A stretch of DNA of 64,000 nucleotides. Origin: the human T2T-CHM13v2.0 reference genome, Homo sapiens. The notes under the pieces were generated by a model, which saw only the letters and a list, made by a program, of their open reading frames with translations, was not told the origin of the DNA and did no database searches. Below are positions 27,291 through 45,200 of the stretch, piece after piece. The DNA lies in assembly GCF_009914755.1 (NCBI RefSeq), contig NC_060927.1. One strand, 5' to 3'. Position 1 is the stretch's first letter, and each line of letters begins with the position of its first letter. A program made the position numbers and the translations under genes.

Positions 27291-27939
27291 GTTTCTTAGC
27301 TTCGGTTTCCACATCCCTAAAAAGAGGGTAATAACATCTATTTCACAGAGTTGTTGGCAGGAACTGAAAGAATGTGTGGGAAAGGGCCCTGGGAACCGTG
27401 AAGTGAGACAGACTAGGACGTGCTGAATTAGTGGGTTTAATTCTCAGCCGCCTCCTAAAGGAGTCTCTACTCTCCACCCCAGACTGAGGCCCAGGCCCTG
27501 CCCATGGGTCTCAAGATGCTGAAAAATATTTTGTTCCCAGTAGGATCCCGTTTTCAATCTTCCTCTTCCCACAACAAAATGCGAGGAAAGGCCTTCTAAC
27601 TCCCTAACTCTGTTCTCGTTCTTAGATCTCAGCACAAAAGGCGCTTCTCCAAGGGAACCTTCTTTGTGTTGTTGTTTAAAGCAGTCCAGTAAGAAAGACA
27701 AAGTTCCCTATGGCCAAGAGATTGTCTGTTCTCTCTTGTATCCCCCAAACCCTAGCTGTGCCTGGCGCATAAAAATATGTGCATGATCAATATAGGGAGG
27801 AGGGAGGAAGGAAGAAATCAAGGAATCAGGTACTCTAAATAGGACTCAGCTTTGTGCCTTATTTTGTAACTTGTCAATCAACCCAAAATAAGGAGCCAGG
27901 GAAGTTCATCCACGTATTCCCACAGCCACCATCTCCCTG

Positions 27940-28340
27940 AAGCTTTAGCCGTTCTACTGTTGAACTCATTATCTTTTCCCTAGGTCCACTCCTGTGTCCC
28001 CATCTCTGTTAACAGCACGGCCAGCCATCAGGCTGTCCAAGTCACAGATCTTGGCATCATCCTTGAGTTTTCCCTCTCCCCTACTGCCTGAGGCCCGTCT
28101 ATTCTTCTTCTATCACTTCTCTGGTTCCATGCATACACTGTGCAAGTTTGGGTTCAGAACTGCATGGTGATGGGGCCATTTACACCCGGTAATTCAGACA
28201 ATCACTCTCAGGCCATTCCCACAGGCCTTGCCTGTTCAGCCTTTGTCATCGCATTCCAGGTCTCAGCTTCCCATGGGGTCTCCCTGCCTGCAGCCACAGA
28301 TGTGATGATCTCTACCTTGCATTCTTCTAACACAGTTCTC
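27940..28340 (+). mobile_element. Diverged L2 fragment
   Basis: GAACTCATTATCTTTTCCC...GGCATCATCCTTGAG... L2-like; appears interrupted at 28119-28200. Confidence 0.5.
28119..28200 (+). repeat. 82-bp direct repeat, copy A (partner 33216-33297)
   Basis: Ungapped manual alignment, 65/82 identical. Confidence 0.9.
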
Positions 28341-28533
28341 AAAGATGGGGTGAAGGTGGAAACCTGGTCCTTGAGAGCTGTAGGTGACCCAGGGACAGGG
28401 GCTGTGTAGTTTAATGAGGAGTTTTCAATATTGTCATTTTATATTTAGAAATGGGAAAAGAACACAGGCAAGCTGGTGGGCTTGTGCAGCATAAACCAAA
28501 GGACACTACCCCAACTCCCCTAGTGCACGCACA

Positions 28534-28565
28534 TGTGTGTGTATGTGTGTGTGTATGTGTGTTTG
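28534..28565. repeat. (TG)n microsatellite, imperfect
   Basis: TGTGTGTGTATGTGTGTGTGTATGTGTG. Confidence 0.9.
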
Positions 28566-29311
28566 TGGTGGGGGTGCATTTTAGAATCTCTCGGGGGAGG
28601 GGGTGTGACTTTTTGGGTTACTTTTTTAGTAAGGGAGCATGGATTTAAAATGGCCAAACAGTACTGCATTATTGGCCCTCAGTTGCTCCAGCAAGGGCTT
28701 GCCTTTTCTAGGGGAAAGGAAAAGGCATGCTGCACAGCCCACCTCAGCTGCACCCTACATGCAGTGCATTGCCATTGAGCATGCATCTCAGATCTGAAAG
28801 CTGAGTCTCCAGTGGGCAGTGAGAAAGAACTGGTGCACCCCCATGTTCCTGGCATGGTTGCCCAGCTCTGTAGCTGGCATTCCTAGCCCAGTCCAGGTGG
28901 TCACCCCCACTCAGCCTGCCTTTGCTGCAGAACCTCCCTCCACTCACGTGACCATTCAGCCACTCCAGAGTACTCACCTCTTTTAAAGAGGGTCTTAAGC
29001 TGGATTTTGCCAGGGGTGGGAGGCAGGCTGCCAAGGCACGAAATCTGCTGGCCTTCCCCAGTCCACACCTCTGGCCAAGATTCCCAGATCCCCATCAGTA
29101 TTGTGACTTCTTCCTCTCCAATATCACCAAGACCTGTAATTCTTTATCATAGGATGTTGTAGGTCTCATGGTACAGGTGATTTCTGTTATTCATGCCTGT
29201 CTTCCTCACTCAAATCTGATCTCCTTAAGGACAGGAATCTTGGCAAATCCAGCTTTGTGTCTTTAGCACCCAGCACAGTGAGTGGTACACTAAATAAAGA
29301 CTAGGTGGATT

Positions 29312-29382
29312 GGTGGGTGGGTGGGTGGGTGGATGGATGGATGGATGGATGGATGGATGGGAAAGGAAGGAAGGAAGGAAAG
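29312..29382. repeat. (TGGG)n-(TGGA)n-(GGAA)n compound repeat at an L2-like 3' end
   Basis: Directly visible; includes GGGTGGGTGGGTGGG at 29315-29329. Confidence 0.9.
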
Positions 29383-29515
29383 AAGCATTCCTGGTAATTC
29401 ATAAGATGAATAATGACAGCATTTGCAGTTTTCATGAAAGACAGGGGCCAGGGATACTTCTCTCCTGAAAAGCTCCTTTTGAATATAAATGTAACCACCA
29501 CAGCCCAGATTGTAA

Positions 29516-30134
<619 letters not shown>

Positions 30135-30893
30135 TGAAGACCTGCACAGTTACTGTCTGTGGGAAATGAGCTCACGTAACTGGACCTTTTCATCAGTGCG
30201 CCTTTCCTGTCCTGTCCCTGGAATTGCGAGGTGTCCCCCATGTCTGGTTGTCCTTGCTTTCCCACACTTTTCTTGAGATCGCTGCCCTTCTTCTAGGGGT
30301 GTATGAAGTAGGCTCCCCAAGCCCATGGCGGCTCCTGGGTGGGGTCGGATCTCAGCCTGACCTGATGTCTGAGCAACGGTGAGGCCAGCACAATGGACAG
30401 ACACGATGTGGCTGTGGGCTGTAGGGTGCATCTTGTTTGGTGGGTATAGGAAGCTTTTAGGGTACTGGCTTTCAGCCACTCTGCCTCAATAATTAAATAG
30501 TCCCTCCTCCCCCAGTGTCTCATGGTGAGGTTGCAGGGATAAGAGGGAATTCGCTTTTTGGCCTTCTTTAATATTATCCCTTTAAGGAACATTAGACATT
30601 ATGATAGAAAAACCAAAAATCAAAGATGACATTCTAGTTCAGATCTTTTTTAAAAGAGGGAAGGTATGACTATAAAATCCCACACAGTAAATGTACTCAT
30701 AGCTACAGGGATTTAATATTCTTTTTATTTGAAGGTAAACTTCAATTTCTCATTATTTAAATTCGGAAATCTTAGGCTGTCGCCAACATTTCAGACAATT
30801 TACTGTTTTACAAAATAATGATAATAAGACAACAGTAAGGTGATCCTGAATGATTCTCTAACTTGTATGTTACATAAAAAAAAATTGTTTAGA

Positions 30894-31183
30894 GGCTGGG
30901 CGTGGTGGCTCACACCTGTAATCCCAGCACTTTGGGAGGCTAAAACAGGCTGAGCCCAGGAGTTTGAGACATGCCTGAGCAACATGGAGAAACCCCATCT
31001 CTACAAAAAATACAAAAAGACTAGCTGGGTGTAGTAGTGCACACCTGTAGTCCCAGCTACTCAGGAGGTTGAAGTGGGAGTATTGCTTGAGCCCAGGAGG
31101 TCAAGCCATGATCACGCCACTGCACTCCAACCTGAGTGACAGAGCAAGATGCTGCCTCAAATAATAATAACAATAGTAATAAT
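30894..31183 (+). mobile_element. AluJ-like SINE
   Basis: GGCTGGGCGTGGTGGCTCACACC...; (AAT)n tail; flanks share GTTTAGA. Confidence 0.92.
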
Positions 31184-31534
31184 AGTTTAGAAACAAGGTT
31201 TTTTTTTTTCCATGGAGAAACTTCTCTTGTAAAATTCTAAAATGATTCTGAAGGCTTTTCTCTCTTTCCATCTTGTCTTTCATTTTCCAATCAGATTGCA
31301 GAGGCCATTCCTTTTAGGCTTTTAGTCAGCAGTTTCGATATTCTTCAAATCCAGTATCCAGCTTTTGTGTCTTGGGGTTGGAGTCAAAGGCTCTGTTGTG
31401 ATGTTTTTCTGTTCCACAGCAATCACCATGCCCTTTGGAGAGTGCAGTGCCTTAGTGAATGCCTCATTTCTATAACATCAGCACTTTTTACAAGAGCTAT
31501 GCGGCACACATTCATTTTTTACTATGTGTTTTTC

Positions 31535-31960
31535 TCTAATTCTAAAAGGAATATATGTTCATTTTAGACAATTTGGAAAATACAGAAAACTGTGAAGGAA
31601 AGAGAAGCACCAACCATAGTCATACCCCTTAGGGATATGACTGATAATCCCTTCACCTAATTCCCCTAGTCTTGGTCTGTACAGATATGAGCCATAAATT
31701 CGAGGTCAGCCCTACATACAGATTTATATCCTGTTTTCTTCCCACTTTTATTTTGAGCATGTTCTCACATTAAGCATCCTCTCTGAACACAAAATGTTAA
31801 TAGATAAATAATATTCTACCATGTGGAGCTACCTGATACCTGAATTTATTTAATTGTTCACCTACTGCTGAATGTTTAAGTTGTTTCTGTTTATCACAAG
31901 AATGAATAGTGGTTGTTCGTTGTTAGTAAATCCTCATGCATGTCTCTAGCTATGTGCATC
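31535..31960 (-). mobile_element. Old L1 (L1ME-like) fragment
   Basis: ATATATGTTCATTTTAGACAATTTGGAAAATACAGAAAA... typical of antisense L1ME 3' ends. Confidence 0.55.
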
Positions 31961-32149
31961 TGCTCCTGTAACTTTTTAAATTGAGGTCTATTGTGCGAGC
32001 AATAAAACACACAGACCGTTAGTGTACGTACTTACATATGGACACACCTATGTGATATGCCACATCAAAGGCTCCTTTTACATTTCCCTATACATTAATT
32101 TTGCATTCGTTTTTGGGTATTCAAATACAAGCAGCTGCTGGGGACTTTT

Positions 32150-32305
32150 TATGTATGATCTCATTTTATGCTTGTGGGCACCCTCTGATGGAGATATAGC
32201 TGTCCCACCTTTCCAGCTGAGAACTTTAAGACTCTCAGCACCTGAACAGGTTGCCCAAGGTCATATAGCAAGTCAGGGTGAAGTCAGAGTTGGATTCGAG
32301 TTTTG
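32150..32305 (-). mobile_element. MIR fragment
   Basis: TTGCCCAAGGTCATATAGCAAGTCAGGG...GGATTCGA. Confidence 0.6.
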
Positions 32306-33215
32306 CCTGCACCCAGAACTTTAATTCTGCATATTTTCTCTTAGATAATTAAAAATAAAAGCTGCCAATATCCTTTGATAGGACAGAAAACCATTGGATT
32401 TCATTTTGTTTGTTTTTTCCTTTACGACTACACTTGGGGATCAGTAACTGACCACATACCTTCTCCTGTTTGTAGCTTACATTTAAAATCGGCAGAGAAT
32501 TGGCATTGCTGCTTTCTGGTTTTGGTCATGCATTTTGCTCAGGGCTGGAAGGCACCGTTGGCTGTCATCGAGTTACAAGCCCTCACCTACCCACTCACAC
32601 CCCTCCCACAGACTCAGGCTTTCCCCAGTTCTGTTACCAGAGAGGAACACTTCTGAGCACAGAAGCTGATGACAGCCACTTAGCAAGTTGTCTTGGGCTC
32701 TGTTGCCAAAGCACAGGGAGAGACAACCTCAGTTAAGGTGCACAATTTAGATTGGAGGCATGGGAGAAACTTCTGGTCCATTTTTCCAGCTTGCCCGATT
32801 TACAAAGATGACACTGAGCCCAGTTGTCTGCCTGGGGAGACAGGCCATTAAGAGCAGGCCTGAGACTGAAACCCAAGGATGTCTGCCTCCCAGCATCTCA
32901 TCGGGTCAGTGGACACACATTTAGGGTAGAGGGTCTGGGCCTGTCAGATGTCACCACTGCCTCTTGAGGACACAACCTGATTAAAGGCAGTCAGGTTGAA
33001 TGGCATCCCAAGTGCATTCCCACTGATGGGAAATTTAACAAGATGGAAAAAATTGTCTTACCCAGAACTCCTCAGTGTATGTGGTTAGGAGGACTTCTAG
33101 GGCAAGGCATTTGGGGTAGGATGCAGTGAGGGCTCGCCAGCCCCTCAAGGAGCAGGCTGGATTAGGTAATCCATGAACTGGCATCCAAGGTGTGTGAGGC
33201 CAATTAACCCAAGGG

Positions 33216-33297
33216 CTCTGGTTCACTGCATGGGTTGTGCAAGTTTGGGGCCAGCGTTGCATGGCGATAGGGCCGTCTGCACCCAGTAATTCAGACA
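33216..33297 (+). repeat. 82-bp direct repeat, copy B (partner 28119-28200)
   Basis: Ungapped manual alignment, 65/82 identical. Confidence 0.9.
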
Positions 33298-34134
33298 GAG
33301 CAGCAGGGTTTGAGGCCTGGTTTAAGTATGAGCAAGTTGCCCTCCTTCTAAACCAGCCCCCTCATTCCAGCTCAGAGCCCGTGTGTGCCCAGGAGGATGT
33401 GTTTTCTTCGGGTCCTTTTGTCCTCTCTGGGAAGTAGAGCCAGGTGTTAGGAGGGTGGTCACCGAACCACCTGTGCCTCTCAGCTAGTTCCTGTCTTCTC
33501 GGTGGGGCTGATGGGAATGATGATAATACCACCTTGGGGAAGTGGAGAGAATTAAATGTGTTAGTGGCTACAGAGCATGTACAGTGGTGCCCAGCCCAGT
33601 AAATGGTAACTATTGGCTTTTATTTTCTTCTCAACTGTTTCTGACCCTTAATTCTTCTACATTCCATTTTTTCCTTGTTTCTCTCTCTGATGCATTTCAC
33701 ACTATTAGACTTCTCTGCCAGTGTTTCTGATAGAAGACTTAAACCGTGATGCTCTGTGAAATTTGTATTATTTTACTTAGAGTTAAGCTTCCTCCCATTT
33801 TTTCATGTTTTTCCATAATATTTTGCATTTTTCTGTTGTAGGACTTAAAGCCTTGGTTTAAGAGTTGCAGTCTCTCACTAGACAATGCTCCTGCAAGGCA
33901 GGAACTGCTGGATCCCCAGTGCTTAGCCAAGATTCTGGCCTAGAGCGAGTGCTAGCAAATGCTTATTGAGTCAATAATTTTCCTTACAAATAACCCTTAG
34001 AAAGACAAGGTCACTGATCGCTGGTGGATGTCCTCAGGTCATCCACGGAGACACTTCTTTGCAGCATTATGTTATCACTGTCAGTGGCCACCCCTTCCTT
34101 CTTTCCCCTGGACTGGCTTACTTCTGAAGTCCTT

Positions 34135-34462
<328 letters not shown>

Positions 34463-34874
34463 TAAGTGACTTTCCTCTGCTGCAGATGAAAAAAATAATG
34501 TTTTTCTTCCATCTCTTCTATTCCTTTGCTCTAAAGGCAAAGAGAGAAGAAGATGCCAAGAGCAAAACCTGCACTAAAGACGTCTGTTTTCTCTTTCTAG
34601 CCTGGGACTTGGAGGTAGTAAGAAACCAGCCTGTGTTTTTTCCCCTTCTGGTTTGTAGCATCTCTGAGAAGTGGACAGAAAGTCAGCATTCCTTATTTGT
34701 TGAACTGGCTGCTAGAATAAAGGATATGGGGCACCATGGGGTCAGTGGAACTTGCCTACCTCAGCACCTTAGAGCTCATGCCGGCTCATCTTCTCTTGCC
34801 CTTCTGGTGTGAGTCAGTCATCTGGGAAATTCTGATTTCATAGCTGGGCTACTGGTAGAATTGACTGCTATCAC

Positions 34875-37400
<2,526 letters not shown>

Positions 37401-37407
37401 TCGTAAG

Positions 37408-37933
37408 TCACAAAGAAAACAAAAGGGATTCATTGGCACGGAAGGTCAGTGACAAGAGTGCATGCAGATGTGGTTTCATGTAAGTTCTTGTTCTCCTTTT
37501 GTGCTTCATTCTCAGACAAAAGGCAAGGTAGGTGCAGTCACTGCTGGCCTGGCCACTGAATGCAATAACAGCCAAAGGAGGAGGGGGACTTCTGGTGTCT
37601 CCTGGAAGAATGAGGGACCATCTTTCCCAGAAGCCCCTAGAAAACTTCTGCTGTAGTCCCACTGGTCCAGGGTAGGTTATATGTCCAATCCTAAACCTAA
37701 CCATGGGGCCAGGAGAATGCCAGCAGTGATGGCTGAGGCCTGTATTCCCAAGCCAATCATGCACAAGGGGATAGGATCACTCTTAGATGTGATAGGTCCT
37801 TGGGAGAAGCTGTAGGTGAAGATCGGGTGAGTTGTGTAGGGGGTAGGGATGGATACATAAGAAAGCTAGCTTTCTGTTAGAGGAGAGGGGAAATGGATGC
37901 TGAGTAGGAAACCAACCCAACAGTGTCTACCAA
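37408..37933. mobile_element. MLT1-like (MaLR) solo LTR
   Basis: TTTCCCAGAAGCCCC..., CCAATCCTAAACC, GGGGAAATGGATGCTG...GTCTACCA resemble MLT1J/K/L. Confidence 0.65.
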
Positions 37934-38084
37934 AGGAAAGACTGTCAGAGGTGAGATCCAAGTGTAAGGGACTGTGTGTTTTAAGTGGAAACCTATGTCA
38001 TCAGATTGCTTTTTAAATAATTGAATGAATTTACATTTCCACCCGTGATGTTGAGCCATACCCAGCCTGACCCACCAGCAGTGG

Positions 38085-38252
38085 GATTTCTCACCTATCA
38101 GATTGGTAAAAATTAAAAAGAGTGACAGCGATAGCATATCGTTGCTGTGACTTGCGTTTCCCTGACAACCCCTAAGGTTGGGCATCCTTCCTTGTGTTTG
38201 TTGGCCATTTGAATGTGCTCTTCTGTGGACTATCAATTCATGAATCTTGCCA
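38085..38252. mobile_element. Two short old L1 fragments in opposite orientation
   Basis: CACCTATCAGATTGGTAAAAATTAAAAAG (+) then TGTTTGTTGGCCATTTGAATGTGCTCTTCTGTG (-). Confidence 0.6.
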
Positions 38253-40138
38253 AAACAAGAATTCTTGTCAAGCTTTTAGACTGCATAGGATTTGAATATG
38301 TTTTAAAGGCATTCTCTGAGCTGGGAGGTGAAAAGTGATTATCCATATCTGGAAGCAGCTTGGTGTGTTGGTAATAAGAATTATTCAACAACCAAGATAC
38401 CCAAGATTCTTATCCTCGGTACTCTGCCCTGGTCACTTGTCACATTAGGGAACCGAGGCCCAAAGAAGGAAGGCATTTTACATATGCCTATATGTAAAAT
38501 GAAAGGGCTGCACCGTTATTTGTAAGGGGCTTTCCAGCTGTGGTACTTCGTGCTACTGCTTTGGACAGGATTGCAGAACTCTGTCTGCCCTTGACTCTCT
38601 GGAAGTTCAAGTCTTCCCCTCCTACCTTGTAGTGATCCCTCACTGAATAAGGTGATCTCTGTGACTGGAGCCCACCATTCTGGGCAAACTGGAGTCCTTG
38701 ACTCAATCTGTAGTGCTCAACTGGGTTTTTGTTCCATCTTGGATTTCTTAGTCAGGAAAAAAAGCTTTTGTCCATTTCAGCCTCCTCTCCTTGCTCCAAG
38801 TTGTTCCATGTAGGGTACAGGTGGGAGATTCTGGTTCTGGAGGTAGAAGAGAACTTTATTTATATTTTCAAAGTAGCCGTATAAAAGCAAAGCCTGACTT
38901 TAGGGCCAGTGTTTGATGTCAAAGCAGCAAGGCAACAAACTTTCATTAAGTTACCTCCAATGTTTACTTGCGAATTTTGGAAGAAGCCTGCCAGTGTTTG
39001 AGGATTGTAAAAATCCACTTGACATCATCTTCATTGACATCTGGACGGGCAAAACGCAGGTTATGAAAGTCAGCTGGCTGGCACATGCAGGGTGAGTGTT
39101 TGGGGCTGGATATGATGAGGGGATTTCGCTGGGTTAGGAAGCTAACTCTGGTGCTTCTGAGTACCTAGAAGCGGGCAGTAGAGAGCAGAGCACCAGCTGT
39201 CCTCTTCTCCCCACGTGGCTATGTGTCCAGGGCACATTAAATGATGGGCCAGTCCTACCAAGGGTAACTCCTACCTTCTTGCCTCCCACAGCCGCTAGAC
39301 ACAGCCCTGCTTTTGGTATAGGGACTTCATGGAGTTGAGCCCTTTCTGCAGCATGGAGAAAACCTTCCTCAGAGTTCCTACCTGTTACTTTCCTACAGAC
39401 TAGAACATGCAGAGAATTCCAGTAATTTCCAACCCATAAACCTCACCACCCTGTAGCCAACATGCAAACCTCCCTTCTTAGTGTCACCGAAGCATGCCAC
39501 TCAGAATGGCAGATGGCAGGTCATTCCAACCAATAGGCGTGGGTTTCTGGGCCAGAAATTCTGAGGAATATGCTGCCTTTTCCTTAATGGCTATAAGGAC
39601 AGGGGAAACCAGAGAAGTCGTTTTTGTGGTATTTCATGAGCATGCACGGTGCTGTTATTTTCCTGGTTTTAACATAATAGGACTTGTTGCTTTATGTTTT
39701 CATATATTCTTCTTGAGAAATCAAAGTCATTCTTTGTATACAGTGGTTTCCATTGAAACATTATCCAGCACACATTTCTAGACATCTGTAGTCAGTTTCT
39801 CAAGGTAGTGTTCAGTTATGATACCCATAAAAAGTGAGACCCCTTTAACTTGGTTCTCTCCAAAGCTTAAACTCATATTGTTCACTATAACAGATGTCCA
39901 CAGAGTGTGCACCATGTCCAGATAGTTGTGCTCAGCACTGGATTAATTCTGATCAATTAAAAGGTGATTCTGCCCCATTATTAATGATTTAGAATTTGAT
40001 ATCTTCATATAGAAGAACAAAGATTATATTTTAACCTATCTTAGCAGATACATTATTTTTGGGTATTTTCTTTTTTCACATTGGTAATCTTTTTTTTTCT
40101 TTTCAAATCCAGTCATGCTTTAAAAAAGTAAGGAAGGA

Positions 40139-40577
<439 letters not shown>

Positions 40578-42051
40578 CTAAGCACTTTGGACTTGTCACC
40601 CTTCCCAGTCACACTGTGCTTCTGTGCACCCCACGAGCTGATTGCTGTGCTGGGAATGGCCCTCCAGCCCCAGCTGCACAGGCTGACCAGTTCCCTCACC
40701 CATCACTACCTGGCCCCAAGGGCCAGGCCCCCACCGAAACCTTTCTGCACCCATGTTAAGCATTCCTCCACAACCTCCTGCAACGTGTTCAGACCCTCGT
40801 GAGAGCACCCTAGGTTGATGTTCTCTGCTCACCTTCTTTTTTTCTCACTGGTCTGTGAGCTCTTTGAAGTTAGAAGGCATCATTACTTTCATCTGTCTTT
40901 CCAGCATCTAGTAAAAATAAATAAATAAATAAAGCCTCTAAAACAAACCACTAGAACATATAGGCTTACGTCTGTACCTCAATAATGAACTCCAGGCTAT
41001 CAAGTGATCATTCGTTTGCTCATTCATTCTTCAGCAGAGGGACTGTGTTCTTGCTTTCTGCTAGCACTGGATGTTAGATGAGGTGCTGGGAACCCCAGAC
41101 ACTCTTAGAGCTTCTACTTGGCAAAGATGGAATTGAAGGTTAACAGACATTTTATGAGACTTGGTTTTGGAGTCACATTAGTTTAGGGTTGATTATTTTT
41201 TAAACTTCTAATCTCCCCAGAATTGAACTTAATGAGCTATCCCCTGTCACTCAGAACTTGTTTGGAGGAACTAGAAAACCATGCAGATTCTCAGCATTTT
41301 TTATTCACGATTTTAAAGGCAAATCTGGATGTGGCATTACACCGAGGTGTTTTTAGCTTTCCTGAATGTCCTAATTGACATCAAAGTTTTATGAAAACAT
41401 TCCAAAACCTATGATTATTATTACTCTGACCACTGTTTATATTTGAGTGCTGAGCAGAAAAAGAAGAATCACCAAAGCTTTTCTATTTAGTCATCTTCTA
41501 GACAAACCATATGAAAAAATAGGGAAGTGCTTCATTCACAGAGGTTCCTTGGCCCTCAGCCAACTGTGAAGTCCCCAGTCACAGCCACCCTGAGCCTCTC
41601 TGTGGGAAGGGACTTTCAGCCCAGGAAAGAATGAGTTCCTGCTGGTGACCTGCCAGGTGCAGATGGTTGAGTCCACTGTACACATCTGGTTGGGGGTTTC
41701 CAAGGTGCTGGCTGGTGGAGCCCTTATGCATGCGAGGGGGTGAATGGTGGAGATTTCTGGATCCCTGCCCAGGAAGCCTCCCAGGTAGCAAATTAACATC
41801 AGCCATATTATGCTGGCCACTTTTTTCTCTCTGGTGTTTAAACTCTAGATCTCCAAAGTCAGGCACACACAAGATAACCCAGTGTGGTACAGGAAAAATA
41901 CAGACCATTGGACTAGAACAGTTCCATTCTCATACATTTGATAATGGACTTAACATGTAAGTATACATGCACCCACTTTATGAATAAATATGCGTAAGTC
42001 TGTGTTATGATTAGTCTCTTTTACCATTGAGGTCATGTGCTCAAACAAGTT

Positions 42052-42283
42052 TAGAGACTCCTTTGTTAGCCAGTCACCATTAATATAGAACAGAAAAGAT
42101 TAATTTTTGGTGGAATGGATGAAAATATTAAGAGGTTTCAAACTAAGTATCAATTTTATAATCAATTGTAGAGATTCCTTTGTTAGCCAGTCACCATTAA
42201 TATAGAACAGAGAAGATTAATTTTTGGTGGAATGGATGAAAATGTTAAGAGGGCTTCAAACTAAGTATCAATTTTACAATCAA
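42052..42283. repeat. 117-bp-period tandem duplication
   Basis: Copies start at 42052 and 42169 with about 6 differences. Confidence 0.97.
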
Positions 42284-45200
42284 GTATGATAATCTTCCTT
42301 GCAGCATTGTATGGTATGTTGGTGTGAACTTGGTAGCCCTTGGGTTATTTCCTGCAGAAGTCTAAGGGTGTGAGATGTAACATTTTCCGTATATTGTTAG
42401 CCTCTGTATGTGCATAATAGAGTGAAGAACTTCCTGAAGGGGGTACAACACAGCTAGTGTTATCATTCTATATCCAAAAATGGCAGAGGGAGAAAGTCAA
42501 AGGGACCACCATTAATATTTTGCTGTTTCAGTATTCTTTCTATAAGTATTTGCATACATTTTTGGTTTACTAAATTATGATTATGTTGAACAGTGTTTTA
42601 TAATCCAGTTTTTTTCACTGTGTATTTTTCCTTGTCAAAGGGTGAGAATAAGACAATAGATTCATGATTGTGAAGGTCATTTTCGGTGGTTCGACCTCTT
42701 AGTTCTGAGACTCAGCCCCTGGAAAGTCTGCCCTTGTTGCTTGCACTTGCTTTGTAAATCCAAAAACCCAACTGCTTTGCAGGCAGAACTACAGCCTCCA
42801 CATGCACCATGATTCAGGTAGACCAGGAGTGCCTTCTCCTTTCTGTACTAAAAACACCTGAGAAAACCATATTGAGAGGAGAAGGCTTTGAAAGATGCAT
42901 AGACTTGACCTGAACCTGGAAGTCCTCCCAGCCAGGTGGGACCTTAGGATCCCCAGGCTGAGCTGTAACCAGCTGTGCCAAGCAATGACCTACTTCTTCC
43001 AGTTCCAAGTTCTCCATCAAAAGAATTCTGACTGCTTCAGAGAAAATTCTTGTCCCTCTACCCCCACCACAGACATAGGCACTAGGTAATATTGACATGT
43101 GAAATAAACTTCCATGGGTATCCTTTGATTCCAACAAAACTAAGAACAAACATCTTGGATATGAAAATAAAGCATGAAGGTACTTAGTAACTGCCACCAG
43201 TATTAATAGGACACGATTAATGGGAACCACTAAGGGCCATGGCATAGACAAAGTAGGCTGCCCACCATGAGCAGTTCCCTGGCAGTCACCAAAATTCACC
43301 CCCTTTCCCACTCCAGCAGGCTCGTCGGAATGCAAGGGATGTGATTATATGGGTAGACTTGGCAATGATATTTTTAGAAGCCAATCTTATTCTTAAAATT
43401 TTAACACGTTATTACCTCTTATTAGTTTCAAGTTACTGTGTGATACAGCACTGTGCCTAAAAAATCTGGCTGTGAATGATATCTTCTGATTACTGGTGTC
43501 CACTGCTGATTCTCTGTAACCAGTGAAACCTGCTCCATCTCCATAGGGGAGGGCTTAGGACCTGGAGAAACCTTGCTAGATTTCTGCAACCTAGCTGGGG
43601 TCCAAAAGTATTGTTAGCATCCACATTTTTTATATACCGTTCAGTTAACAGCATGGACATGTTTGTGGAAAGCTTCAGATGCCCATTCCTCTGTTAAGCA
43701 TCAGGTTCCCCGGATCAAAGGGGTAGGAGGGTCTTATGCAGTCTTCAGAATGGTCTCTGGGTTCCACCTTTATTAACCAAGGGAGGCTTGTGGCGGGGGT
43801 CGAGGAGGTGAGCCAGCCACCACACAAGCAGTTTTAGACCCTGTGTGACTTCCTTAGTTATCTGTGGAATGCAGTTTGGCAGGAAGGTTCTGGCTTGCAA
43901 ATAATTCAAGTTTTATCAGTCATCTCTAGTGGCCAGTCCCTCCATTTTAATCACTTTAGAGCAACCCAAGAGGTCTTTGGTGAATGGTCATTTCAGTTCT
44001 TTGTAAATACTTCTGAATTGGAACATTTCTGTATGAACAGCCCAGATAAACAAAGGGCCCAGTGTATTGGGTTTTGTTGGTATTTTTACCAAGTTTGTTG
44101 AGCCAGCCTTCTTCATACAAGTCCATTCTTGGAATTCTAAACATGACTAATGGCAGACTTCTGAATGCTACCTATAAGCACAAAGCTTTTGTAATTGACT
44201 TTCTTTAGCGGTGACCCTAGGCTTGTGGTCCAAAAGCTGTTGATGAGGAAATTGCTTTCTGGGTTTGGCCTGGGGGATTTTCCTTGTCACAGTAGGGTGT
44301 GCAGAAGTGAGTTGCTGCCTGAGATCAGTGTTAGGAGGTTTGAGGTTGCATCTGATTGATTAGTAATGTCTTCCATGGGCATAGGTGGGAGTGATGACCT
44401 GCTCTCAATCTGTCACCCCACAGGCAACCTACCAATATAAGGTCTTACCCCACCAACACTTGAAGCCAGCCACTGGGGACTTCACAGCACCTTGGTGAGG
44501 GGTCCTGTTAGTGAGGGACTTAACTGAGATTACCAAAAATGAACCTCTGACCTCTGAGCAATGTCTGGCCAAAGCATTTCTTCTTTCCCAAATGGAAGAT
44601 GCCTTTTCTACCTTGGAGCCTGTTTGCCTGGGTTTTCAAGGTCATTTCAGTAGTGCAAAAACTCTGCAGTTCTGTGAAATGTCTTCCAGATCCAAGCACT
44701 GAGTTGATTGGTGTTCTGTAGGCAGAACTGTCGGGTTTGATCAGGGCTTCCCCCACAAACCTTTCTCCATCAAAGATAAGAACTTTAATACAGATTAAAC
44801 CCCACAGCAGCAAATTCCAGGAGACTCTCTAGGTTCATCACTTGTATTAGAACATGATGGCATCAAAGTATTGACCGGGGCTTAGAGATGTTAAACAGAG
44901 ATCTTCTGGTAATAGTTTTTATAAGAGGATTTGATTTGGGGATAAAATTGATGATTTTGGCCAACTTGTGTCTTTGCTCTAACTTCTTTAAAACTAGAGT
45001 AAATAAGTAGATATTTTTATTTTATTTCCTTGTAATAAATATTTTTACATATCATTATATAAAGTCCCTTTTGGCTCTTGTCAGATTTTTCCTGCTTTTA
45101 AAGGAATTTTATCTATAATTTTATTCAATGTTATTTTTCAGTCTTCACACTTTAAGGATGACTTAACTCTTACAGGTTGGAATGCTTAATCCAATTTCAA

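Noticed and set aside
42814-43335. 173-aa minus-strand ORF with a hydrophobic stretch
   Set aside because: Non-ATG start, no family similarity that I recognise, no supporting splice signals.
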